Shown piece after piece: positions 19,504 through 29,194 of a stretch of DNA of 64,000 nucleotides. The stretch covers positions 124,001 through 188,000 of the IMG/VR virus record IMGVR_UViG_3300035661_000001. One strand, given 5' to 3'. The notes under the pieces were generated by a model. That model was not told the origin of the DNA. It made no database searches and saw nothing but the letters and a program-made list of their open reading frames with translations. How positions within the stretch are numbered: position 1 is the stretch's first letter; every line of letters begins with the position of its first letter. The position numbers and the translations under genes are program-made.

Positions 19504-20424
19504 TCATAGTTGAATCCACGTAGTTCCGGTCCATTTCCATGTATCATTGAAATCATAAGATTCATTTCTTCCTCCAAATAAGATAACTGAGCTTGAGTTA
19601 ACATCGTAAGCCATTTGAGCGCCATATCTGTAAGAAGGAGAATTTACTGGAAATTGTTGAATCCAATTGGTTCCATTAAAAATCCAAGTATCATTAAGAA
19701 TATTGACACCATCTTTACCGCCAAATAATACGATATAGCTACTATGTGCATTATCAGCACACATGGTGTGATAAATTCTTGCAGAAGGTGAATTGGTAGG
19801 ACTTAATTTTGTCCAAGTTGCTAAACTGTCATTCCATTGGTAAGTGTCATTAAACATTGTTGCATCATCAGCACCTCCAAATAATATAGATTCTCTACCA
19901 GCAATGATTCCGCCACCCAATTTTGCGCCATATCTAGCACTTGGAGATGATGCTAAAATTTGTTTGGTCCAAGTAGTACCATTCCAAAGCCATGTATCAC
20001 CAAGAACATTACGTTCATTTTTACCACCGAATAATAAAATATCAGATAAAGATGAAAATCCGCATGACATCGCAGCATCAAATCTAGTTGGAGGAGAAGT
20101 TGCTGGAGTTGGTTTGGTCCAAGTTGTACCGTTGAAAACCCATGTATCATTTAATGGATCGGTTGAACTTTTTCCACCAAACACTACAACTGTATTATTT
20201 CTTTGCAGCACAGAAGAAGAAGCATTAGTTCTTGTTGGTAAAGGTCCTAATGGATCGGTGGCAGTGGTGATAGTAGTTGTCCAATTGGTTCCATTCCATT
20301 TGTAAGTTAAATTAGTTGGTGAATTATATGTTGGATAGCTTCCACTATCTAGTAACACTGGTCCGACACCTGGGACAAGTGACATAACAGAGTGTGAACA
20401 TCTTGGTGGATTTAATGCGGGCAT
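19504..20424 (-). CDS. Kelch-repeat beta-propeller protein
   Basis: About 6 repeats of LFGG..NDTW.(F/W)NGT.W..SP..R. Confidence 0.9.
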   Translation of the reverse strand: MPALNPPRCSHSVMSLVPGVGPVLLDSGSYPTYNSPTNLTYKWNGTNWTTTITTATDPLGPLPTRTNASSSVLQRNNTVVVFGGKSSTDPLNDTWVFNGTTWTKPTPATSPPTRFDAAMSCGFSSLSDILLFGGKNERNVLGDTWLWNGTTWTKQILASSPSARYGAKLGGGIIAGRESILFGGADDATMFNDTYQWNDSLATWTKLSPTNSPSARIYHTMCADNAHSSYIVLFGGKDGVNILNDTWIFNGTNWIQQFPVNSPSYRYGAQMAYDVNSSSVILFGGRNESYDFNDTWKWTGTTWIQL

Positions 20425-20494
20425 ATTTTTCTCCGATGAAAAGATTCTATTACAATAGAATAAAAATCATATAATTAAGGTAAAATCAATAGTT

Positions 20495-20743
20495 ATGAAC
20501 ATATTATTTCCATCAAATCTTGGGTCTCCCAAAGAAGTAAGTAGCTTTTGGCAAAAAGAAGCTGATGCGGCGAAGACTGTAGGTTTTGAAATAAGTATTT
20601 TAAGTGAATCACATTTTGGATCGCCAATATCAATTTTTAATAAGAGCTCGTCTTATCTATATAGAGGCTGGATTATGAAGCCTTCTGATTATGCAGAAGT
20701 AGATGAACTAGTAACCATTGAATTGTACAATTCAATGGTATAA
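20495..20743 (+). pseudogene. N-terminal fragment of a probable ATP-grasp family protein
   Basis: ILFPS....E..AA...G..YRGW.M...DY resembles ATP-grasp N-termini; runs into a palindrome and tRNA remnant. Confidence 0.5.
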
Positions 20744-20794
20744 TGCGACTTTTACAAGGTCGATTCGATGGTTCGATTCCATCAAGCCCTACCA
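20730..20794 (+). pseudogene. tRNA-Val (TAC) lacking 5' acceptor strand
   Basis: cgact-TT TAC AA-ggtcg; gatgg-ttcgatt-ccatc; aagccct ACCA; no complementary agggctt upstream. Confidence 0.75.
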
Positions 20795-20834
20795 TATTAG
20801 TATTCACAACATTTTTATTTTGAAAGGGTAAAAC

Positions 20835-22223
20835 ATGAGAAAGTATTTTACCACTACACTTCCGTATATTAATTCAGATCCTCATTTGGGTTTTGCCCTT
20901 GAAATAATTCAAACTGATATTCTTGCACGACATTTTCGTTTGAATGGTAATGAAGTATTTTTTAATACTGGCACTGATGAACATGGCGCCAAAATCTGGG
21001 AAAAATCACAAGGAGATCCAAAAGCTTTTTGCGATCTTGCAAGTCAGAAATTTCGAGATTTGATTCCAGTTTGTGATATTTCTGAATGTAATTTTATTAG
21101 AACGACAGATCCACATCATATACATGCCGTTCAAGAATTTTGGAAAAAATGTCAACACGATATTTACAAGAGCGAATACAAAATCAAGTACTGTACTGGC
21201 TGTGAATTAGAAAAACAAGATTCTGATTTGAAAGACGGTAAATGTATTTATCACCCAAATCGTGATATTGAAGAGCGACAAGAAGAGAATTATTATTTCA
21301 AACTCAGTAAATATACTGAGCCATTGATTAAACATTTTGAATCCAATCCTAATTTTGTAGTCCCACAACATCGACATACAGAAGCTTTAAATTTTCTGAA
21401 AACTGGATTAAAAGACATATCAATTTCCAGATTGGCTAAGAAATTACCATGGGGAATTCCAGTACCAGGCGATCCTGAACATGTTATTTATGTTTGGTTC
21501 GATGCGTTGGTTAATTATATTTCCGCTTTAGGTTGGCCAGAAAAAGATATTAATGATTCATGGCCAGGAATTCAATTTGCTGGAAAAGATAACTTGCGGC
21601 AACAAAGTATCATTTGGTCTGGCATGTTATTGTCTGCCGGGCTTCCACCTCCGAAACAAATATTTATTCATGGATTTTTAACGCAAGGCGGAGAAAAAAT
21701 TTCAAAATCTGCCGGAAATTCATTAACACCCCAGTTGTTTGAAAAATTCCCTAAAGAATATTTAAGATACTGGGTAGCTAAAGAATGTTCTCAATATGAA
21801 GATACAGAAGTAAATCCTAATAGTTTAATTCAAAACTATAATGTTAATTTAGCAAAAGGTCTTGGTAATCTTTTTAGCCGAGTATTAAAACTAGCAACGA
21901 CGCATGATATTCATATAGAATATCAATACGAGTATAATTCTTTACATTTGGATAATTTTGATATTCGTGGTGGGATTAATAATATTTGGAATAAAATTTC
22001 AGAGTTGAATTCGTATATCGAACAAACTTCGCCATTTAGATTAATCAAATCTGAAAACACTAAAGGTCAAGCCATAAATGATATTCAACATTTATTACGA
22101 GAACTATATTGGATTGCGGTACAGATAGAACCTTATCTGCCAAATACTTCTTATTCAATGAAAAAACATTTACAATGTTATGAATCAGTTCAATTATTTC
22201 CCACTATAAATGAGACCGTATGA
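20835..22223 (+). CDS. metG: methionyl-tRNA synthetase
   Basis: TTTLPYIN..PHLG (HIGH), TGTDEHG.KI, FIRTT, YVWFDAL.NY, GKD, KISKS (KMSKS). Confidence 0.95.
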   Translation: MRKYFTTTLPYINSDPHLGFALEIIQTDILARHFRLNGNEVFFNTGTDEHGAKIWEKSQGDPKAFCDLASQKFRDLIPVCDISECNFIRTTDPHHIHAVQEFWKKCQHDIYKSEYKIKYCTGCELEKQDSDLKDGKCIYHPNRDIEERQEENYYFKLSKYTEPLIKHFESNPNFVVPQHRHTEALNFLKTGLKDISISRLAKKLPWGIPVPGDPEHVIYVWFDALVNYISALGWPEKDINDSWPGIQFAGKDNLRQQSIIWSGMLLSAGLPPPKQIFIHGFLTQGGEKISKSAGNSLTPQLFEKFPKEYLRYWVAKECSQYEDTEVNPNSLIQNYNVNLAKGLGNLFSRVLKLATTHDIHIEYQYEYNSLHLDNFDIRGGINNIWNKISELNSYIEQTSPFRLIKSENTKGQAINDIQHLLRELYWIAVQIEPYLPNTSYSMKKHLQCYESVQLFPTINETV

Positions 22224-22531
22224 GTGAGTACGTAAAAATCCTTATAAAAGATCGTAATAAAATTTTACAGCATCATTATTTGAATAATAAAAATTGGGGA
22301 TTACCTGGCGGCCGTATAGAAAATCAAGAAACTCCAGTGAATGCGGCTGCAAGAGAGTTATTGGAAAGAACAGGATTTAAAATTAATCCTTTGGATTTGA
22401 CATTCAAAAGAAATTTCCTTGATGAAAAAGGATTAAAATTTCATCTGTTTGTGGGGAGTATATCCAATATTGAAAAAAATAAACAAGCCTCAAACAGAAA
22501 TCAGATGGATTTCGCTGCACCCATCCGTTAA
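22220..22531 (+). CDS. Nudix hydrolase (possibly C-terminally truncated)
   Basis: WGLPGGRIENQETPVNAAARELLERTG Nudix box. Confidence 0.8.
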   Translation: MSEYVKILIKDRNKILQHHYLNNKNWGLPGGRIENQETPVNAAARELLERTGFKINPLDLTFKRNFLDEKGLKFHLFVGSISNIEKNKQASNRNQMDFAAPIR

Positions 22532-22576
22532 AAATCGTTTTACCTATTGAATAGATAACAAGAAAGTTGAAAAATA

Positions 22577-22744
22577 ATGAAATTATTTACATGTATTAGT
22601 GTGGTTTTTGTGGCTGCTATTTTAAGTTTCAGTTGTGCCCCCGAAGGTAAACCTTGTTGGGAGCCTAATGACTGTTCAGTTGCCGAGGGCTGCCTATCTG
22701 TTGATTGTATTAATGGAGAATGTACCGATTTAGGGTGCAAATGA
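22577..22744 (+). CDS. small Cys-rich putative lipoprotein
   Basis: Manual translation MKLFTCISVVFVAAILSFSCAPEGKPCWEPNDCSVAEGCLSVDCINGECTDLGCK. Confidence 0.6.
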   Translation: MKLFTCISVVFVAAILSFSCAPEGKPCWEPNDCSVAEGCLSVDCINGECTDLGCK

Positions 22745-22787
22745 ATAAATAATATGTATGAATAACCTGATATATAATCAGGTACAT

Positions 22788-22861
22788 GCGGGATTGGTAT
22801 ATAGGTCGTGCCCGAGCCTTCCAAGCTTGAGAAACCGTTTCGAGTACGGTATCCCGCTCCA
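22788..22861 (+). tRNA. tRNA-Gly (TCC)
   Basis: gcgggat/atcccgc; cgagc-CT TCC AA-gcttg; TCCA. Confidence 0.88.
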
Positions 22862-22865
22862 AAAT

Positions 22866-22937
22866 GCGGCTTTAATTCAGTAGTAGAATGCGACTTTGCC
22901 AAAGTCGATGTGGAGGGAGCATAACCCTCAAGCCGCT
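22866..22937 (+). tRNA. tRNA-Gly (GCC), non-canonical T loop
   Basis: gcggctt/aagccgc; cgact-TT GCC AA-agtcg; T arm gaggg-agcataa-ccctc. Confidence 0.8.
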
Positions 22938-22943
22938 CTAAAA

Positions 22944-23708
22944 TTATTGTGATAATTTACTATCAATTATTTGTTTAATTATTTGAAGATATTTTTCAGA
23001 ACTTGATGGTTTAAAATATTTTTGACCAGATGAGTCAATGATAACAAGTTCAATGTTTTTTTCAAGGCAAGCTTGAAATTTTCTATTATCATTATTTTGA
23101 ATTGAAGAAAGCTTATCTGAACCGTAAATAGGTTCATAATGAAAAATACCATTCAACTCAAATGCAAGTTGAAGAGACGGAATATAGATATCTAATTCAG
23201 AATTAATGGTTTCTTTACCATTAAAAATGAATTCAAGATTTGGATATAATGCAGGTAATTGTGCTTCTAACCAAATTTCTAATTTAGATTTTCTGTTACC
23301 TTTTGTTTTGTGGGTATTATTATATGTTGTCGCACATGATCTTGAACAAAAATGATTAGGATATTTAATTATTTGCTTGTTTGTTTTAGAGAAAATAGAA
23401 TTGCATTGTTTACAATTTACATTCTGTGATGTGATTTTGGATAGTGTAGCACATTTATGTGAACAATAAATTGTTTTATTTTTATTATGATTTCCAAATT
23501 TACTTTGTATAATACTCTTTTTTCTTTCAAAAGAAGCATGACAATTGGGGCATTCTAAAACCATATTTGTGTTAAATGGTAGCGATTTGATATACATCAT
23601 AAAATCTGTAGTATTTGTTGCTTGCATGGTTATATACATTTTCATTGATAGAAAATTAAATTTCAAACCATTGTAACCGTTCAAAAATTTTATGAGTGGC
23701 AACCACAT
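22944..23708 (-). CDS. Zn-finger + PD-(D/E)XK (Vsr/Hef-like) putative homing endonuclease
   Basis: CPNC, YCSHKC, FCSRSC; ELDIYIPSLQLAFELNGIFHY..D..K. Confidence 0.8.
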   Translation of the reverse strand: MWLPLIKFLNGYNGLKFNFLSMKMYITMQATNTTDFMMYIKSLPFNTNMVLECPNCHASFERKKSIIQSKFGNHNKNKTIYCSHKCATLSKITSQNVNCKQCNSIFSKTNKQIIKYPNHFCSRSCATTYNNTHKTKGNRKSKLEIWLEAQLPALYPNLEFIFNGKETINSELDIYIPSLQLAFELNGIFHYEPIYGSDKLSSIQNNDNRKFQACLEKNIELVIIDSSGQKYFKPSSSEKYLQIIKQIIDSKLSQ

Positions 23709-24468
23709 AACACAAAAACAGTATATGATTGATATTTTAGAAAATAAACAATATCACAAATTTTCTAAAAACCCCTATAAAGGATATAATTGGTTTACTA
23801 GTACAAATTATAAAGATAATGAATTTTGTTATGATAGGTCTTTCAAAAAGAATATCATTAAAAAATACGATCCAGAAATTAATGGAAATGGTACTTGTAA
23901 AATATTTTCAAAAATAGAATCATCAGTTAATAATGTAACTCAAATTTGTGAAACTGGATATGATATAGTAGATCATAACAAAAAAATAGATTATGGTTTA
24001 CATTTAATTGCAAGATTTTTAATTCCAAAATTGCTTGATGATAATGATTATGAAATTCCAGATTTCAAAACATCATTTGATGCATTAAAAGAAGAGTGTT
24101 CTTTATATTTTTCAAAGCAAGATATCATCGCTTTAAACAAAAATTATTCATATAAAAGAATTTTTACTGGTATTATAAGATACAGTAAAAAATATCTGAT
24201 AATTTCAGATACCCCTATTATCTATGTAGATAATAGTTTTATGTGTTACCCTTTATCTGCTGACACATTATTTGTTTCAGGAATTTGTGGAAATGATATG
24301 GCTGAGGGTAATTTACAAGCTATTAAAAATAGTATATATAATTGGATTGATTTTATTTGTAGAAAATCAAATTTGTATTTAATAGGTCATGATGATCTAT
24401 CAATAGACATTAAAGATTGCATACAACATTTATATGAAAATGAAATTTATACATTTTCTATAAAATAA
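23692..24468 (+). CDS. hypothetical protein
   Basis: 258 aa ORF. Confidence 0.65.
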   Translation: MSGNHITQKQYMIDILENKQYHKFSKNPYKGYNWFTSTNYKDNEFCYDRSFKKNIIKKYDPEINGNGTCKIFSKIESSVNNVTQICETGYDIVDHNKKIDYGLHLIARFLIPKLLDDNDYEIPDFKTSFDALKEECSLYFSKQDIIALNKNYSYKRIFTGIIRYSKKYLIISDTPIIYVDNSFMCYPLSADTLFVSGICGNDMAEGNLQAIKNSIYNWIDFICRKSNLYLIGHDDLSIDIKDCIQHLYENEIYTFSIK

Positions 24469-24482
24469 CTTAAGGTGATATT

Positions 24483-25475
24483 ATGAGTAAGTCAGATTTA
24501 TTAAGAGAGTTAAGATCCTTAACTCAAGCCGGTATGAAAGATTGTGTTAAAGCATTAGAAGAATCAAATTTTGATATTAATAAAGCTGTTGACATTATCA
24601 AAACCAAAGGACAGAATATTGTTTCTGGTAGAGAAGGTAAAGTTGCAGCTGAAGGTTTAGTATTAATTGGTAAAACAGGATTTTTGAAAAATAAAACCGC
24701 TTTATTAATGTTAGAAGTAAATTGTGAAACAGATTTCACAGCTAAGAGTCCAGAATTCAGAATGTTTGCAAAAGATGTTTGGAATAACATCGCAGCTTGT
24801 TATCTTGGCAATGTGCCTTTTTCTGAAGGTACAAATAGTGAAGCACTATTTGCACAAACAGGCATTTCTACGAAAACTAAAGAAAAATGTATTTTTAATC
24901 GTTGGTGGATCGAAGAGCCCATCGACGATGCTTGTCGGGCGTTTGGATATGTACATCATCCCACAGATAAATTAGCTTCAATAATTACATTGAAAGCTCC
25001 TTCTGTAGAACTTGCAGATTCAGAAGAATTTTCCAAAATTGGTCACGATCTTGCTATGCAAATAGTAGCGCTGAATCCAATAGCTGTATCTCCTGAATCT
25101 TTATCAGAAGATGTTGTTGTTCGGCAAAAAGATATATTTGAAGCTCAAATGAAAGAGCTTGGTAAACCTCAATCACAGTGGGCTAGAATTATTGAAGGTA
25201 AACTTAATAAGTGGTATACCGAAGTTTGTTTAATAAAACAAGAATCAGTAGTATTTCCTAAGAAAAGTATCGAGCAGCTTATTGAGACTCAGTATGCGGC
25301 TCTGTTAGGTGGCAAGATTGAAATTGTTAATTTCATTCGTTGTCAAGTAGGTGAAGGTTTAGTAAAACCTAAGGGCGATTCTTTTGCTTTAGAAGTTGCA
25401 AAATTATCAAATGTACCGGCAGCGGCGTGCCCTACTGCCGAAAAAGGAGTATGTGACCATACTCATACTAAATAA
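24483..25475 (+). CDS. tsf: translation elongation factor Ts
   Basis: LRELR..T.AGM.DC.KAL; AAEGLV; EVNCETDF; LAMQIVA.NP; F.R..VGEG. Confidence 0.95.
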   Translation: MSKSDLLRELRSLTQAGMKDCVKALEESNFDINKAVDIIKTKGQNIVSGREGKVAAEGLVLIGKTGFLKNKTALLMLEVNCETDFTAKSPEFRMFAKDVWNNIAACYLGNVPFSEGTNSEALFAQTGISTKTKEKCIFNRWWIEEPIDDACRAFGYVHHPTDKLASIITLKAPSVELADSEEFSKIGHDLAMQIVALNPIAVSPESLSEDVVVRQKDIFEAQMKELGKPQSQWARIIEGKLNKWYTEVCLIKQESVVFPKKSIEQLIETQYAALLGGKIEIVNFIRCQVGEGLVKPKGDSFALEVAKLSNVPAAACPTAEKGVCDHTHTK

Positions 25476-25489
25476 GAAAGATTATTCAA

Positions 25490-25819
25490 ATGAATACACA
25501 AACGTTAATTGAAAAGATTACCAAGGCTATCGCTTTTGTTTATAAGTCTGATGGTACGGTTCCTGGGTTAACAATTGCTATGTTGCCTCATAACGGATCG
25601 TTTTATGTATCTGTTGTACGCTGGGTAGCTGGTGAAAAAGAAGTGGCTTGCTCTAATTCTCATTCAAGCTTGAATGAAGCTTTGATTGGTTTATCTGGTA
25701 AGTTTCTTCTAGCAAGTATGGCACCAGTTAACCCATTAGATGAACTGTCAGAATTTTTGGCAAATGAACCTATCTCAGTAGAAGAGTCAGAGCTTGAAAT
25801 TGTAGCGTTAGCTAACTAA
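25490..25819 (+). CDS. hypothetical protein
   Basis: 109 aa ORF with aagga RBS. Confidence 0.7.
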   Translation: MNTQTLIEKITKAIAFVYKSDGTVPGLTIAMLPHNGSFYVSVVRWVAGEKEVACSNSHSSLNEALIGLSGKFLLASMAPVNPLDELSEFLANEPISVEESELEIVALAN

Positions 25820-25854
25820 TATTTCAACATATGAAAAGAGAAGTCTTTTCATAT

Positions 25855-25928
25855 TGGGAGATCGTTCAATGGCAGGACAGCGGATTCTGAATCCGTGAAT
25901 CTGAGTTCGAGTCTCAGTCTCCCAACCA
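25855..25928 (+). tRNA. tRNA-Gln (CTG)
   Basis: tgggaga/tctccca; gcgga-TT CTG AA-tccgt; ACCA. Confidence 0.92.
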
Positions 25929-26301
25929 TGATATTAAAGTACAAAATACAAGATTTAGATTTATCTATTTTCAAAAAACATTCATTTCATTATTTATCTA
26001 GTATGAAAAAACTAGGTCTTGAAAAAATAGAATTTCATGTGGTTCTTGATACATTTGAAATTTTTATTAAAGCATTAGGGGCGCCCGATGAATGTTGGAT
26101 TTATATAGAAGATAAAGGCACAACAATAAAACCTTTGTCTGATCCAAGATTTTGTAATTTTAAAGTGATTCGTGAAATTTTTAAAGGTCCCACAGCATTG
26201 ACGATTTTTTCAAACAAAGATCCTAAAACTTTTACTGATCAATTCTGTAAATATTAATTGAAGCTGTTGAAAAGATTAATAAATTAAAATCATTCTGGTA
26301 A
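25928..26301 (+). CDS. hypothetical protein with shared C-terminal motif (1-nt frameshift near 26250)
   Basis: ATG overlaps tRNA 3' end; adding one A at tgtaaa restores ..ILIEAVEKINKLKSFW*. Confidence 0.6.
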
Positions 26302-26313
26302 ATTATTCATTGT

Positions 26314-26703
26314 ATGAAATCAATTGGTAAATTGATATACAATCCTCGTACCCATTTATCTTCTAGCGATCGTTGGTTGATTATAGCGTGTGATGATGAA
26401 ATATCTAAATATTATCGACATTTATTTTATGTGGAAACTCCTTGGTTGGGCAAATTAACCCGACCAGTTTGGGGCGCCCACATTTCTGTTATTAGGGGCG
26501 AAAGAGTGCCCAATAATCTATGGAGATTAGACGAAAACAAAATTATAGAATATGAATATGAAGGGGGTGTTCAAACCAACGGCGAATATTATTGGTTAAC
26601 TGTATCTTGTCCGTATCTATTAGATTTACGTGAGAGATATGGTTTGTCAAGGGAACCGAGGTATGGACTACATCTGACCGTAGGTCGTACTACCAATAGT
26701 TAA
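26314..26703 (+). CDS. 2H phosphoesterase
   Basis: Two Hx(S/T) motifs, AHISVI and LHLTVG. Confidence 0.75.
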   Translation: MKSIGKLIYNPRTHLSSSDRWLIIACDDEISKYYRHLFYVETPWLGKLTRPVWGAHISVIRGERVPNNLWRLDENKIIEYEYEGGVQTNGEYYWLTVSCPYLLDLRERYGLSREPRYGLHLTVGRTTNS

Positions 26704-26724
26704 AAGACTGATATATTATTATGT

Positions 26725-27363
26725 ATGATAACAAAAATATGTAGTAATTGCCATCAAGAAAAACCAGAAAAAGATTTTCGTAAAGAAAAATTTAAAAAAC
26801 AATGTAGAACTTGTTTAAGTCTCAAGAGCAAAGAATATAATAAAAAAAATGAAGATAAATATAAAAAGAATCAAGAAAAATTTAGAAAATCTTCTAAAAG
26901 AAAAGAATATTTATCTCAATATTATATTTTAAACGAAAATAAAATGAAATTACGTCAAAAACATTATGAAAATAGAAAATATTCCGAAGATCCTATTTAT
27001 CGAATGAGAAGAATAATTTCTGCCTCAATTACCAAATCATTAAGATCAAGAAATTTTTCTAAGTCAAAAATATCTTTTTTAAATCATATAAACTATTCAT
27101 TACAAGAATTAAAAGAATATTTGGAAAAACAATTTGAGCCGTGGATGACTTGGCTGAATCGCGGAAAATACAATTCAAAAACTTGGAATGATAATGACCA
27201 ATCTACCTGGACCTGGCAAATAGATCATGTTGTACCTCATTCAACATTTAAATATTCATCTATGGAAGATGAAGAATTTAAGAAATGTTGGTCTTTAGAA
27301 AACTTAAGACCTTATTCTGCTAAACAAAATATTATAGATGGAACTACAGGAGTACGACATTAA
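26725..27363 (+). CDS. HNH-type endonuclease (paralog of 14074..14808)
   Basis: CSNC..CRTC; FEPWMTW..WQIDHVVP..ENLRP. Confidence 0.8.
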   Translation: MITKICSNCHQEKPEKDFRKEKFKKQCRTCLSLKSKEYNKKNEDKYKKNQEKFRKSSKRKEYLSQYYILNENKMKLRQKHYENRKYSEDPIYRMRRIISASITKSLRSRNFSKSKISFLNHINYSLQELKEYLEKQFEPWMTWLNRGKYNSKTWNDNDQSTWTWQIDHVVPHSTFKYSSMEDEEFKKCWSLENLRPYSAKQNIIDGTTGVRH

Positions 27364-28009
27364 GATGATAGAAAATAATGAATTTTTACTTACCCTGATT
27401 CGACATGGAGAATCAGAGATCAATGCCACTCCTGATGTCGTAGGTCAATCGCCAGATGTTCAATTGACTTCAAAAGGAAGAGAACAGGCGCGAAAACTCC
27501 GCGCCCGCTTTCTTCATAACAAAGAAAAATTTGATTTTGTTTATTCCTCCACCTATGATAGAGCTTTACAAACTGCTCATATAGCAATTCCAGATTCAGA
27601 ACAAGATATTCAGAAAGTCTATGATCTTCGTGAGTATAGTGCTGGAGAATGGACCGGTGGCAGTAGAGAAAAATTATTCACTCCTGAAGTTAAGAGACAA
27701 ATGAATAATTTTAATTTAGGTTTTCTTCCACCTGGAGGAGAGTCTTTGCATATGGTGGAAAGAAGGGTTTCAACTTGGTTAGAAAAGGAATTGATTTTTA
27801 ATCCTAAGATGGCTGGTGGAAAACCCTTGAGTATTGCATGTTTTTCTCATGGTCAAGTTATTAAATCTTTACTACATTATGTCGCGGGATTTGATAAAAG
27901 TTTTGTTTGGAAAATTCAAATAAACAACACATCACTCACCAGATTGTATTTTGATCAGGATGGTTGGCGTTTACTTAGTGTTAACGATTCTTCCCATCTT
28001 GAGGTGTAA
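27338..28009 (+). CDS. histidine phosphatase superfamily protein
   Basis: LIRHGES, RA.QTA, LRE..AG.W.G, PPGGES, SHG. Confidence 0.9.
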   Translation: MELQEYDIKMIENNEFLLTLIRHGESEINATPDVVGQSPDVQLTSKGREQARKLRARFLHNKEKFDFVYSSTYDRALQTAHIAIPDSEQDIQKVYDLREYSAGEWTGGSREKLFTPEVKRQMNNFNLGFLPPGGESLHMVERRVSTWLEKELIFNPKMAGGKPLSIACFSHGQVIKSLLHYVAGFDKSFVWKIQINNTSLTRLYFDQDGWRLLSVNDSSHLEV

Positions 28010-28011
28010 TC

Positions 28012-28530
28012 GTGAGCATGCAGGAACGAAAAAGACAGAAAAAAATTCGTGAGTATGTGGTACGACGTGATGGAAACACTTGTTGTTACTGCGAAAAACC
28101 ATTAGTCATCGAAAAAATTACAATGGAACATATAGTTCCAGATTCCAAAAGGGGGACTTTTAATTCTACAAACTTAACCGTTTCTTGTTATGAATGTAAT
28201 AATAGCAGAGGCGATAAGCCATTTTTTGATTACATCAAGAATTTTAATTTTAGTGAGAACAAAATTGCAAAATATAAAAAAATGTATTTTAACAATTTAA
28301 AAATCAAAATATTAAATATCGCCAAAGAAGAATGTTTGAAAGAAGAAAAAGCTGTTCCTCAAAGTTTGATTAAACAAGCTTGCCAAATTTTAAAAATTAA
28401 AGATGTTGATTTTTCTGATTATGAAAAACGATTTATTTTTGAAATAAAATTTGAAGAATTGAATGATCGAAGAAGAATCAAATATTGTTTTGAACAATTA
28501 ATTAGATTGTTAGAAGCAGATAGTGAATAA
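28012..28530 (+). CDS. HNH endonuclease
   Basis: RDGNTCCYC..TMEHIVP..GT..NL..SCYECNNSRG. Confidence 0.85.
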   Translation: MSMQERKRQKKIREYVVRRDGNTCCYCEKPLVIEKITMEHIVPDSKRGTFNSTNLTVSCYECNNSRGDKPFFDYIKNFNFSENKIAKYKKMYFNNLKIKILNIAKEECLKEEKAVPQSLIKQACQILKIKDVDFSDYEKRFIFEIKFEELNDRRRIKYCFEQLIRLLEADSE

Positions 28531-28578
28531 AATTTAAGATTGAAAGGAGGGCAAGATAGTAATCTTGCCTTTTATTTT

Positions 28579-29184
28579 ATGAAACAGTATCCATCAATAA
28601 CGAAAAATATTAGAAAAGATTTATACATTTACGCATTTGATAAGCTTGATGGCAGTAATATCAGAGCCGGATGGAATTCAAAAAAAGGTTTTTACAAGTT
28701 TGGATCTCGAACTGAATTAATTGATAAGTCGAGTCCATTCGGCGGGGCAATATCTTTAATTCAAGATAAGTATAGCCAAGATTTGTCAAGAGTTTTTAAA
28801 GACTTAAAATGGTCTGAAGCCGTTTGTTTTTTTGAATATTTTGGTCCTAGTTCTTTTGCAGGTTCTCATAATTTTAAAGAGGACATGGATACTGTTTTGA
28901 TTGACATTTCACCTTTTAAAATAGGTATTCTGCCTCCAGCTCGTTTCATTGAATATTTTGGACATTTGAATACTGCAAAAGTACTTTATGAAGGCGATAT
29001 TACTTCAGACCTATTTGATACTGTAAAACAATCGACTATGCAAGGAATGACATCAGAAGGCGTAGTTTGCAAAGGGATGGATGATAAACATTTGATTATG
29101 TTTAAAATCAAATCAAACGCTTGGCTAGATAAACTTAAAATTCATTGTAATGGAAATGATTTTCTTTACCAAAAATTAGAGTAA
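28579..29184 (+). CDS. RNA ligase (Rnl2-like nucleotidyltransferase)
   Basis: DKLDGSN (motif I), FFEYFG, EGVV, FKIK; likely start MKQYPSI. Confidence 0.75.
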   Translation: MKQYPSITKNIRKDLYIYAFDKLDGSNIRAGWNSKKGFYKFGSRTELIDKSSPFGGAISLIQDKYSQDLSRVFKDLKWSEAVCFFEYFGPSSFAGSHNFKEDMDTVLIDISPFKIGILPPARFIEYFGHLNTAKVLYEGDITSDLFDTVKQSTMQGMTSEGVVCKGMDDKHLIMFKIKSNAWLDKLKIHCNGNDFLYQKLE

Positions 29185-29194
29185 CAGATATTAA

